Of a DNA stretch of 64,000 bases, positions 8,431-16,858 are shown in pieces. The notes under the pieces were generated by a model. That model had not been told where the DNA came from. It did no database searches and was given only the letters and a program-made list of their open reading frames with translations. A program made the translations under genes and the position numbers. The stretch is from Candidatus Kerfeldbacteria bacterium (lineage in GTDB: Bacteria > Patescibacteriota > Patescibacteriia > UBA10025 > JAHIVO01): assembly GCA_047946875.1 (NCBI GenBank), contig CP181398.1:905041-969040 (forward strand), read 5' to 3'. Every line of letters starts with the position of its first letter. The stretch's first letter is position 1.

Positions 8431-8462
8431 AAAATCCGTATAAATATATTTACGGTTTTTTA
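8431..8462 (+). terminator. Terminator-like hairpin (ccgta...tacgg followed by TTTTTT) after trpS
   Basis: Related ccgtatg...catacgg hairpins followed by T-runs also occur at about 18320 and 21487. Confidence 0.45.
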
Positions 8463-8590
8463 GATTAGGAATAAATCCTTTAGGATTTTATATATAACAT
8501 AAAGCCTGTCTTTGGCAGGCTCAAAATGACAAGTGTGTTTTTGATATATATTAATTACTAAATAAAACTCTCGCACATCATAATACAATG

Positions 8591-8742
8591 TTACAAAATG
8601 TGCTGTTGAGGAAAGTCCCGAAGGGTTTAGCTCAACTTAGCGAAGCGTCTTTGAGCTAAAAATGAAGAAACAAATATTTTGTTAATTTTATTATAGGTGC
8701 GAAGATTCTTTTGTTACTTTTCTTGTCTCCAAGAAAAGTAAA
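8591..8742. repeat. 152-bp structured repeat element, copy 1 (a second copy at 21629..21780 is about 95% identical)
   Basis: Both copies align directly. The element contains a perfect 12-bp hairpin (TTACTTTTCTTG-tctc-CAAGAAAAGTAA), a hairpin agctcaa...ttgagct, and the 11-mer GAGGAAAGTCC, which is identical to RNase P CR-I. Confidence 0.6.
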
Positions 8743-8855
8743 GTAATAAAAAATATTTCTTCTTTAACGAAGTAGAGTTGCCCGCCTACGGCGGGAGATT
8801 CTTTCGGTCGCCCCGCAACACGTGACTCACTCAGAATGACAAAAGTTATTTTTAA

Positions 8856-9416
8856 TTATGCTTTACCAACGTATTTACCTGTATTTGTATTTACAATTAC
8901 TTTCTCCCCTTGTTCAATAAATAATGGTACATCTATTACTAGATCTGTTTCTAAAGTTGCTTTTTTTGTAACAGAGCCCTGAGCCGTATCTCCCCTTACT
9001 CCTGGTGGAGCTAATTTTATCTCATATTTAATTTTAGTTGGTATTTCTACACCAATTGGGGAGCTATTAAAATTCAATACATCAACCTCAAGATTCTCTA
9101 TCAAAAACTTTTTCTTCTCTCCCAACTGTTTCTCGGTAACAAAAAATTGATCGAAGCTTACTCCGTCCATAAAATAATAATTGTCGCCTTCTTGATAAAG
9201 ATAATTTGCTTTTGATCGACTTATGTCTGCTTCTTCCGCTTTTTCAGATCCTTTAAAACTCTTTTCTAATGTTTGTCCAGTTTTTAAATTTTTGGCAGTG
9301 ATTCGCATTACCCCTTTACCACGTCCCATTTTGATAAAATCATGTTTTACGATAACAAAAGGATCGCCATCTAAAGTTATATACACTCCAGCTCGTAAAT
9401 TATTACTCTCTATCAT
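8856..9416 (-). CDS. efp: Elongation factor P
   Basis: 186 aa with typical EF-P sequence (KMGRGKGVMRITAKNLKTGQ ...). Confidence 0.85.
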   Translation of the reverse strand: MIESNNLRAGVYITLDGDPFVIVKHDFIKMGRGKGVMRITAKNLKTGQTLEKSFKGSEKAEEADISRSKANYLYQEGDNYYFMDGVSFDQFFVTEKQLGEKKKFLIENLEVDVLNFNSSPIGVEIPTKIKYEIKLAPPGVRGDTAQGSVTKKATLETDLVIDVPLFIEQGEKVIVNTNTGKYVGKA

Positions 9417-9427
9417 AAAAATCTATT

Positions 9428-9673
9428 TTATCTGGTAGTAAATGGAATCAATGCAACAAAACGAGCCCGCTTGATAGCAGTGGCTAATTTTCTCTGATGC
9501 TTTGAACAGATACCAGTTTTTTTGCGAGGTAAAATCTTTGCGTATGAAGATGTAAAACGTTGTTGCGCCTTTATATCTTTATAGTCAATTTCTTTCAAAC
9601 CATTAATACAGAAATAGCATCCTTTTGGCTGTTGCTGTGGTTGGTTTTGGTTATTATTGTTGTGTTTTTGCAT
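9428..9673 (-). CDS. rpsR: 30S ribosomal protein S18
   Basis: The core (YKDIKAQQRFTSSYAKILPRKKTGICSKHQRKLATAIKRARFVALIPF) is diagnostic of S18. Confidence 0.85.
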   Translation of the reverse strand: MQKHNNNNQNQPQQQPKGCYFCINGLKEIDYKDIKAQQRFTSSYAKILPRKKTGICSKHQRKLATAIKRARFVALIPFTTR

Positions 9674-9678
9674 ATTAT

Positions 9679-10113
9679 TTAAAAAGGAATATCCTCTACA
9701 TTAATTTCTGGCTCACTTTGCGCTGGCTCAGGTTGTGTAGCTTCCTGGGCAGTGGCTGGTGAAGAAGTTGCACTACCGGCTGTTCCAGCTTTATCTAACA
9801 TAATTAAATTATCAGCGACAATCTCTGTCTTATATTTTTTACTACCACTTTGGTCATCCCATGAACGAGTCTGAAGTCTACCTTCAATATATATTTTACT
9901 TCCCTTTTTTACATATTGACCAATAATATCTGCTAATTTACTCCAAGCTACAATATTATGATACTCAACTTGTTCTTGTTTTTGACCAGCTTTGTCAGTC
10001 CATCTTCTATTTGTTGCTAATCCCAATGAGACTACTGATTGACCACTTGGAATTTTTTTAATTTCAGGATCACGTGTGACATTGCCTATAAGCATTACTT
10101 TATTTAAATTCAT
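9679..10113 (-). CDS. ssb: Single-stranded DNA-binding protein
   Basis: An OB-fold SSB sequence with the acidic C-terminal tail ending in DIPF. The rpsF-ssb-rpsR gene order is the conserved arrangement. Confidence 0.85.
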   Translation of the reverse strand: MNLNKVMLIGNVTRDPEIKKIPSGQSVVSLGLATNRRWTDKAGQKQEQVEYHNIVAWSKLADIIGQYVKKGSKIYIEGRLQTRSWDDQSGSKKYKTEIVADNLIMLDKAGTAGSATSSPATAQEATQPEPAQSEPEINVEDIPF

Positions 10114-10129
10114 ATTTTTAAAATAATTA

Positions 10130-10642
10130 TTAAATTTTTTCTTTCAAAATTTCGTCTAGCTTTTCATCTAAATCGTCAAGTTTAATCTTGCCAGCCTCAG
10201 TTGATTCTTTTGGTTTTGATTCAACAACCTTAGCTACAGGAGCAGGTTTTTCTTTCTCTTTTATAGCAATTATTTCTTCTTTAGCTGCAACTACCTTTTT
10301 TTCAGCAATTTTTTCTTGGATCATCTTCTCTTTTGCAATATCTGCTTCCGTTTTTTGATATTTTATGGTAATAAGATATCTTAATACTTCTGGCATCAAT
10401 CTTAAGTCAGCATCAAACTTTTTCAATTTATCCTTTGCCAAATCAAACTCGGCTAAAACATAATAACCGTTAGTCTGGTGTTTAATTTCATATGCAAATT
10501 GTTTATTACCCCAATGTTCTGGTTCTGAAACTTTACCTTCTTCACTTGTAATAAAGCCAAAAATTTTGCTCAAAGCCGCTTCTCTCTCTTTTTCTTCTAA
10601 TTTTATTGGAAAAATTAGTAGTATTTCGTAATGTTGTGTCAT
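10130..10642 (-). CDS. rpsF: 30S ribosomal protein S6 (with a Lys/Glu-rich C-terminal extension)
   Basis: The N-terminal 95 aa match S6 (YEILLIFPIKLEE ... NKQFAYEI), and the gene sits in its conserved position. Confidence 0.8.
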   Translation of the reverse strand: MTQHYEILLIFPIKLEEKEREAALSKIFGFITSEEGKVSEPEHWGNKQFAYEIKHQTNGYYVLAEFDLAKDKLKKFDADLRLMPEVLRYLITIKYQKTEADIAKEKMIQEKIAEKKVVAAKEEIIAIKEKEKPAPVAKVVESKPKESTEAGKIKLDDLDEKLDEILKEKI

Positions 10643-10793
10643 TTGCTTAGTAAATTCAGTTAATTTAAAATATTTTGAGAAAAAAAATACCTTATTTCAA
10701 GGTATATTTTATCTTATGGAGAGTTTAACACACCTCTTATTTTTAATCAAGGTATAGCCTGTTAGTGTCTTTTTCTGCTATAATTTACTAATT

Positions 10794-12035
10794 ATGATAA
10801 AGTATTTCTTTATTTTAGGTACAAATCCATTGATTTCCATTGCGGAGATATTTAGCTTTGCTAAAACAAACAAAACGACTTTAAACATTATTGATGTCAC
10901 GAGTCATATTTTAATTATTGAATCAAAAGAAATTGATATAAACAAATGGCAAGCTTATCTTGGTGGAACAATTAAAATTGGACTAATAATAAATAAATAT
11001 CAAAACATTAATGATTTACTTAAAAGCGTTAATACTGAAACATTACTAAATAATTTTTTTAAACAAACAACACAAAAGATTATCTTTGGCTTTAGCTTAT
11101 ATTCAACTTCATTAACACATTATCAGAATAAAATTAAATCTCTAGGCATTAAGATAAAACAAGATCTACAAAAACTAGACTATAAAAGTAGATTTATTAT
11201 GGCAAAATCTCAAGCCCTAACAGCTGTTCAAATAAATAAAAATAAAATTTTGCAACAAGGGGCTGATATAGTAATTGCTGAAAGCGCTAACGGATTATAT
11301 ATCGGCGTTACCAAAACAATTCAAGATTTTGAAGATTATTCAGATAGAGACTTTGGAAGACCACAACGTGATGCTAAATCAGGAATGATCCCACCAAAGC
11401 TGGCAAAGATAATGATCAATCTTGGCGGTGTATCATCAGACGATCTTTTGTTAGATCCTTTTTGTGGTTCTGGAACTATAATTCAAGAAGCTTTATTAAT
11501 GAATATAAATAATGTTATAGGCAGTGATATAAGTCAAAAAGCAATCAATGACACCAAAAATAATATTGACTGGTTAACCCAAAAATATTCTCTAACAAAT
11601 ATTAATATTTCTTTATACACTGAAGATGTCCAAACGCTTGATAATGACATCGACTCATCTACTGTAGATAAAATAGTTACAGAACCTTATCTTGGCCCTC
11701 AAGATCATTCTGAAAATAATCAGGATAAAATAAACTCAACTATCAATGAATTAGAAAAACTATACCTTGCTGCATTTCAAACTTTCAAAAAAATAACTAA
11801 ACCAAGTTCTACTATTGTCATAGTTTTTCCACTAATTATTATAGACCAAGATATCCACGTACTAAAAATTTTAGAAAAAATTAATAATCTTGGATTTATT
11901 CGAATTGACCCAATACCAGAAAACATTTCTTTGTTTGCTAAAATTGGAGTAACTGCCAGAGGTTCAATGATATATCAAAGGCCTGGACAGAGAGTGCAGC
12001 GCGAAATATTCATTTTTAAAAAAACAAAAAACTGA
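10794..12035 (+). CDS. Putative RNA methyltransferase (class-I SAM-dependent, UPF0020/Trm11/RlmL-like)
   Basis: The DPFCGSGT SAM-binding motif sits in the C-terminal half. The roughly 190-aa N-terminal domain is of unknown type. Confidence 0.55.
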   Translation: MIKYFFILGTNPLISIAEIFSFAKTNKTTLNIIDVTSHILIIESKEIDINKWQAYLGGTIKIGLIINKYQNINDLLKSVNTETLLNNFFKQTTQKIIFGFSLYSTSLTHYQNKIKSLGIKIKQDLQKLDYKSRFIMAKSQALTAVQINKNKILQQGADIVIAESANGLYIGVTKTIQDFEDYSDRDFGRPQRDAKSGMIPPKLAKIMINLGGVSSDDLLLDPFCGSGTIIQEALLMNINNVIGSDISQKAINDTKNNIDWLTQKYSLTNINISLYTEDVQTLDNDIDSSTVDKIVTEPYLGPQDHSENNQDKINSTINELEKLYLAAFQTFKKITKPSSTIVIVFPLIIIDQDIHVLKILEKINNLGFIRIDPIPENISLFAKIGVTARGSMIYQRPGQRVQREIFIFKKTKN

Positions 12036-12056
12036 GACAAATTAATGTCTCAGTTC
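12033..12056 (+). terminator. Hairpin ctgagaca-aattaa-tgtctcag overlapping the stop codon
   Basis: An 8-bp perfect stem followed by a weak T-run. Confidence 0.4.
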
Positions 12057-12478
12057 TAAAATTTTCAATAGCAATTATTCCCTTGAAGAAAATAATCACC
12101 TCCCTTCATATATATTCGAAGGTTGGAATTTGAAGTCCGTACTTCATCCTTCGAATAGGCCGGGGCAGGCCATTACAACAAGAATAAGATCACCTCCTTA
12201 AAATCCCCGAGATACGGATACATGATTTAATGCTGGAGAGATCATCATCCTATCCTTTCTTTGGTTTAGGTAGTTGAGGTTTCACTTTCTGCGTTTCTTT
12301 GTAATTCGCAGTGCGACGTAAAAGGTGATTATTTTGGGGGTTATTACCCTCATTAGTATTTCTATTGTTGTTATTTTTACAGATAAAACCCTCCTCTTCT
12401 TATATATAAGGTTAGTGATTTAGCTATCAATGAGCTACTTTCTTATTAATTTAATTATATAAAATAAAAGCGAATAAA

Positions 12479-13528
12479 TCAAATCCTAAAATATATTACA
12501 TCTCCATCCTGTACTATATATTCTTTTCCTTCAGTTTTTACCTTACCTTTGTCTTTGGCACCATTCTCTCCATTGTATTCTATAATATCTTGCCACTTAG
12601 AAACTTCCGCTCTAATAAATTTATCTTTAAAATCAGTATGTATTTTACTGCCTGCTATTGGTGCAGACGATCCACGTGACACAGCCCAAGCTCTTGTCTC
12701 TTGTGGTCCAGCAGTAAAAAAAGTCATTAAATCTAACAACTTATAAGCTTTAATTATTAACCTGTCCAAGCCTGTTTTCTCATATCCTAAAGTATTTAAA
12801 TATTCAGTCACTTCATCAGGAGGCATACTTGCTAATTCTGCCTCTAATTTAGCACTAATAGATAAATATTCAGAATCATCTTGATCAATTTTACTTCCCT
12901 CATCTACATTCATTACATACATCATTGGCTTCACGGTCAATAGATTTAATTCATTTAAAATTAATGTCTCATCCTCATCAAATTCTACAGATGATAATAA
13001 TGCTTCATTATCTAAATTAGTTTTTGCTTTCTCATAAACCTTAAGTTTGGCAATCTCCTCTTTATCACCACTCTTAGCTTTTGCAGTCGCCTCTACAATC
13101 CTTTTATCTAAAGTGGCTAAATCAGAAAAAATTAATTCCAGATTGATTGTTTGTCTGTCTGATTCTGGATCAACCTTATTTGATACATGAACAACATCCT
13201 TATCTGTAAAACTTCTAACTACCTGACAAATAGCATCAACCTCTCTAATATGAGACAAAAATTTATTACCAAGGCCTTCTCCTTTATGCGCTCCTGATAC
13301 CAATCCGGCAATATCAACAAACTCAATCACTGTCGGGATTGTTTTTTCAGAATTATAAACTTTTGATAATTTTTCCAAGCGATCATCTGGCACAGCGACT
13401 GTACCAATATTTGGGTCAATAGTACAAAATGGATAGTTAGACGCATCAACCTGATTTTTAGTTAAAGCTTGAAATAGCGTTGATTTACCGACATTAGGCA
13501 ATCCAACGATTCCTATTGATATTTTCAT
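12479..13528 (-). CDS. ychF: Ribosome-binding ATPase YchF (Obg-family GTPase)
   Basis: G1 motif GIVGLPNVGKST and the YchF-specific TGS-like C-terminus. Confidence 0.85.
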   Translation of the reverse strand: MKISIGIVGLPNVGKSTLFQALTKNQVDASNYPFCTIDPNIGTVAVPDDRLEKLSKVYNSEKTIPTVIEFVDIAGLVSGAHKGEGLGNKFLSHIREVDAICQVVRSFTDKDVVHVSNKVDPESDRQTINLELIFSDLATLDKRIVEATAKAKSGDKEEIAKLKVYEKAKTNLDNEALLSSVEFDEDETLILNELNLLTVKPMMYVMNVDEGSKIDQDDSEYLSISAKLEAELASMPPDEVTEYLNTLGYEKTGLDRLIIKAYKLLDLMTFFTAGPQETRAWAVSRGSSAPIAGSKIHTDFKDKFIRAEVSKWQDIIEYNGENGAKDKGKVKTEGKEYIVQDGDVIYFRI

Positions 13529-13567
13529 ATGCTTTCATTGTATCAAAAAACCATTTATAATAACAAT

Positions 13568-14287
13568 ATGTTAGATAGATTTTATTTAGAAAAAATTCCC
13601 CTCAAAGGAAAAGATATATTAATCAAAGATAAAAATGTAATACATCAGATTGCAAATGTTTTAAGACTCAAAATAAATAATGTATTTGTAATTTTTTCTA
13701 ACCAAATAGAATACCAAGTGATTATTAAAAACATTGAAAAGGATACAATTACAACTACTATTATTGATAAAACTACCAACCACCGTGAGCCAAATAAAAC
13801 AATTCACCTTTTTCCTGCCTTATTAAAAAAGGATAATTTTGAATTTATCTTACAAAAATGTACTGAATTAGGAGTTACTTCATTCACCCCAATAGTTACT
13901 AACAATACAATAGTTCGTGATATATCAAAAAATAAAATAATTAGATACCAAAATATCCTTAAAGAATCAACTGAACAATGTGGTGGTCTCAATGTCCCAA
14001 TACTTAATCCGGCTATTTCTTTTGCAGATGCAATAAAAAACATTGAAAAATTACCAGGAGAAAAAATAATTGCTTGGGAAGGTCAGCAAAAAAATAATAT
14101 TTCCCAAACAATTAACCCTAAAATTAACACTTATTATCTATTTATAGGACCAGAAGGAGGATTCACATCTGAAGAAATTAAACTAACCAAAAAAAACAAC
14201 TTTACTAACGTGAATTTAGGAAATCGCATTTTAAGAGCAGAAACAGCAGCTATTACTGCTAGTGCGCTTCTATTATTGAATCCTTAA
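13568..14287 (+). CDS. rsmE: 16S rRNA (uracil1498-N3)-methyltransferase RsmE
   Basis: The hallmark LFIGPEGGFTSEEI motif is present. I placed the start at the second Met (MLDRFYLEK) because the listed start (13529) abuts the ychF start codon. Confidence 0.7.
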   Translation: MLDRFYLEKIPLKGKDILIKDKNVIHQIANVLRLKINNVFVIFSNQIEYQVIIKNIEKDTITTTIIDKTTNHREPNKTIHLFPALLKKDNFEFILQKCTELGVTSFTPIVTNNTIVRDISKNKIIRYQNILKESTEQCGGLNVPILNPAISFADAIKNIEKLPGEKIIAWEGQQKNNISQTINPKINTYYLFIGPEGGFTSEEIKLTKKNNFTNVNLGNRILRAETAAITASALLLLNP

Positions 14288-14333
14288 ATATTTAGTGATA
14301 TAATTAAAAAGTAATAAATATTAATATAAAACT

Positions 14334-15104
14334 ATGTTTGAAAATGTAAATACTCCCCAAACACCTCAACCTAACCAACCCAACAAGAATGAGCCAAAAG
14401 ATTGGGGTCCCTGGAAACCTATTGATGGCTCAAAAAAAGGCGCTGGTCCTATGCCACCTCCCCCACTAGATCAAGACCCTACTACTCCTGCACCTGGCGG
14501 CGTACCTCAACCTCCAAATCCAAACGTTAAAGTCCCAAGTAATATTAATGTACCAGGAAATATGCCTCCTGATCTTCCAGAACCAAACAAAAGAAAGTTT
14601 ATTATGATTGGAATTATTATATTTGCAATACTTATTTTGTTAATTGCTGGAGCAATATATGCGTTGAATTATTTTAGTGACACAAATGAAAATGTTAATG
14701 ATGTAAATACTAATGAAATTACAAACACAGTTGATAATACAAATAATATAATCAATGAGAATATTAATACATCAGTTAATGAGAATCTAAATTCAATATT
14801 TGATGTTAATACTAATACTGTGAATGTTAACACTGAAACAAATACAAATAGCATTGTAAATGAAAATATCAACGAAAATGCTAATGTTAATGAAAATACT
14901 AACACAATCATTAATAGTGCATTGCTAGACAGTGATAATGACGGATTAACTGATGAAAATGAAGAGATATACGGAACTGACAGAATCAATCCAGATACAG
15001 ACGGAGATGGATATTTGGATGGCGATGAAATTACCAGTGGTTATAATCCACTTTGTAATTCTAAAACAGCAGTAGAGACAGGATGTAATGTAAAACTACT
15101 TTAA
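14334..15104 (+). CDS. Membrane-anchored protein with a Pro-rich N-terminus, an Asn-rich low-complexity region, and C-terminal Asp-rich Ca-binding-like repeats (hypothetical)
   Basis: 256 aa. There is one TM helix (IMIGIIIFAILILLIAGAIYAL) and a low-complexity stretch (NVNTNTVNVNTETNTN ...). The DSDNDGLTDENE and DTDGDGYLDGDE repeats resemble thrombospondin type-3 motifs. Confidence 0.5.
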   Translation: MFENVNTPQTPQPNQPNKNEPKDWGPWKPIDGSKKGAGPMPPPPLDQDPTTPAPGGVPQPPNPNVKVPSNINVPGNMPPDLPEPNKRKFIMIGIIIFAILILLIAGAIYALNYFSDTNENVNDVNTNEITNTVDNTNNIINENINTSVNENLNSIFDVNTNTVNVNTETNTNSIVNENINENANVNENTNTIINSALLDSDNDGLTDENEEIYGTDRINPDTDGDGYLDGDEITSGYNPLCNSKTAVETGCNVKLL

Positions 15105-15116
15105 TAAAAATATAAA

Positions 15117-15148
15117 AATCGGGCTATTAATAAGTCCGATTTTTTATT
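15117..15148 (+). terminator. Terminator hairpin (aatcggg...tccgatt followed by TTTTT) after the 14334..15104 gene
   Basis: Hairpin plus T-run read from the sequence. Confidence 0.5.
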
Positions 15149-15173
15149 ACTTAATAATGGGAATAAATACTAT

Positions 15174-15201
15174 TTGACAATAATTTCGTACGTGATAATA
15201 T
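15174..15201 (+). promoter_or_regulatory. Near-consensus sigma70 promoter: TTGACA, 16-nt spacer, TAATAT
   Basis: The -35 box is a perfect TTGACA at 15174-15179 and the -10 box TAATAT is at 15196-15201. No protein gene lies downstream on this strand. Confidence 0.6.
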
Positions 15202-15207
15202 ATTAGA

Positions 15208-15520
15208 GTTCTTTAGTTGAAGAAGGTCTTCGAAGAATCGAAGGACAAAACCTTAATTGGGGTTGTTAGTAGGAGTACGTAAAAGTCCGCGAGTTTATTA
15301 GGATTCAGAGGTGCTTGTGTGCCACAAATAAGGCACTAAACGCACTTAGCGTGGCTTGGTAAGGCCTCGCGACAATTACCGAACTGGATTCGAGGAACTG
15401 GCTCCCCTATCGCCTTATGGTAGGAAGCGTACATCAGGCGTGCTAACTTACTTTGATTTTGAATCTTCTCCAACGCTATATGTCCCGTTTAGATTTATTC
15501 TAAGCGGGACTTTATTTATT
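15208..15520 (+). ncRNA. Unclassified structured RNA of about 310 nt, with its own promoter and intrinsic terminator
   Basis: The region has elevated GC. The 5' GTTGAAGAAG can pair with the 3' CTTCTCCAAC (9 of 10), closing the molecule. Internal hairpins include GTGCC...GGCAC and CTCGCG. The terminator cccgtttaga...tctaagcggg followed by a T-run lies at 15484-15532. No ORF of 60 aa or more is listed here. Confidence 0.5.
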
Positions 15521-15525
15521 TAATA

Positions 15526-16050
15526 TTATTTTGAATACTCTCTCAGCGCTTTAGATATCCAACGAAATGCAAATTTTTTATACGGAATATTTCTTTTCTT
15601 AAACCACTGGAACTCACTCACATCATCTTGAGGTTTAATATTACCTGATGATATTTCACATATATAAATAATATTCAAAGCATAAATTTTATACCTTTCA
15701 AAATAAAAATCAGTATAAATCCCAAAATACTTTATATTTTTTAATTTTACATTTAATTCTTCTTTCATTTCCCTTCGTAACCCTGGAATTGGATCTTCCC
15801 CATCTTCCAAAAAACCACCGGGAGTATCCCAAGAACCTTTATTGGGTGGTACCGCTCTTTTTACTAATAGAAGTTCACCTTTTTTATTCCTGATCAAAGC
15901 AGATACTGTTGGTTTGGAATTTTGATAATAAACAAAAGCACACTTAGTACATACCAATCTAACCAAATGATCATGTTTTTTCTTAGCTAATTTTGCTCCA
16001 CAAATTGGACAAAATTTAAATATTGAGTGACTTTTGCTTTTCATAAGCAC
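15526..16050 (-). CDS. NUDIX hydrolase with an N-terminal zinc ribbon
   Basis: CPICG...CTKC zinc ribbon plus the NUDIX box GGFLEDGEDPIPGLRREMKEELN. Confidence 0.7.
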   Translation of the reverse strand: MLMKSKSHSIFKFCPICGAKLAKKKHDHLVRLVCTKCAFVYYQNSKPTVSALIRNKKGELLLVKRAVPPNKGSWDTPGGFLEDGEDPIPGLRREMKEELNVKLKNIKYFGIYTDFYFERYKIYALNIIYICEISSGNIKPQDDVSEFQWFKKRNIPYKKFAFRWISKALREYSK

Positions 16051-16858
16051 GTACTACATTTTTTAATAACATCGCTACGGTCATTGGACCAACACCTCCC
16101 GGCACTGGAGTAATCCAACTTACTTTATTTTTCGCTGATTCATAATCAACATCCCCTATTGCTTTATTATCTACTAAATTATAACCAACATCAATGATTA
16201 TTGCATCTTTTTTTATCATCCCTTCTTTAATAAAATTTGGTCTGCCTAATACGGCTATAACAATATCAGCCTGCAAAAGAACTTCTTTATAATTATCTTT
16301 ATCTGGATGACTAACTTCTACTTCCATTTCTTTTTGTTTTAATAAATATTCTAAAGGTTTACTAAAAACTTCACTATTTGCTAGAACGACTGCTTTTTTG
16401 CCTAATAAAATTTCTTTAGTTTCTTCTAATAAGATTACTACTCCCTCCGCTAATCCAGGAATTAAGCATTCTTTTCCCTTCAATAATAATTTAATATTTT
16501 CTGGATGAAATCCGTCAACATCTTTTTTCGGTTCAATAGATGCAATAATTATGTCCTCATCAACATTCTTTGGCAATGGAAATTGAACCAATATTCCATT
16601 AACTTCATTATTAATGTTTAAAGATTCAATAATATCTATTATTTCACGTTGTGAGATAGTGACTGGCAATAAATATTTTTTAATTTTTATACCAACTTTA
16701 TTTGCCGCCTTCTCCTTTAGACTTACATAAATATGAGAACCAAGATCATCCCCAATTAAAATAATAGCCAAACAAGGTTGGCCATCAAATTTAGCTATTC
16801 TTCTTTTTAAATCCTGTTGAATAGAATTAGCGATTTTTTTACCGTCTAAGATTTTCAT
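16016..16858 (-). CDS. folD: Bifunctional methylenetetrahydrofolate dehydrogenase / methenyl-THF cyclohydrolase
   Basis: 280 aa with a typical FolD sequence (MKILDGKKIA ... GGVGPMTVAMLL). Confidence 0.85.
   Translation of the reverse strand: MKILDGKKIANSIQQDLKRRIAKFDGQPCLAIILIGDDLGSHIYVSLKEKAANKVGIKIKKYLLPVTISQREIIDIIESLNINNEVNGILVQFPLPKNVDEDIIIASIEPKKDVDGFHPENIKLLLKGKECLIPGLAEGVVILLEETKEILLGKKAVVLANSEVFSKPLEYLLKQKEMEVEVSHPDKDNYKEVLLQADIVIAVLGRPNFIKEGMIKKDAIIIDVGYNLVDNKAIGDVDYESAKNKVSWITPVPGGVGPMTVAMLLKNVVRAYEKQKSLNI

Noticed and set aside
12180-12200. 16S rRNA 3' end (AAGATCACCTCCTTA)
   Set aside because: The 1.5 kb upstream is occupied by a well-supported methyltransferase CDS, so no rRNA gene can end here. 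I treat it as an anti-SD-like motif.
15208-15520. RNase P RNA assignment for the 15.2-kb structured RNA (AAAAGTCCGCGAG resembles CR-I; TGGTAAGGCC resembles CR-II GGUAAGAG)
   Set aside because: The candidate P4 strands are only about 85 nt apart, whereas even minimal RNase P RNAs need more than 200 nt there. The conserved ACAGAA is missing before the 3' strand. I left it as an unclassified ncRNA.
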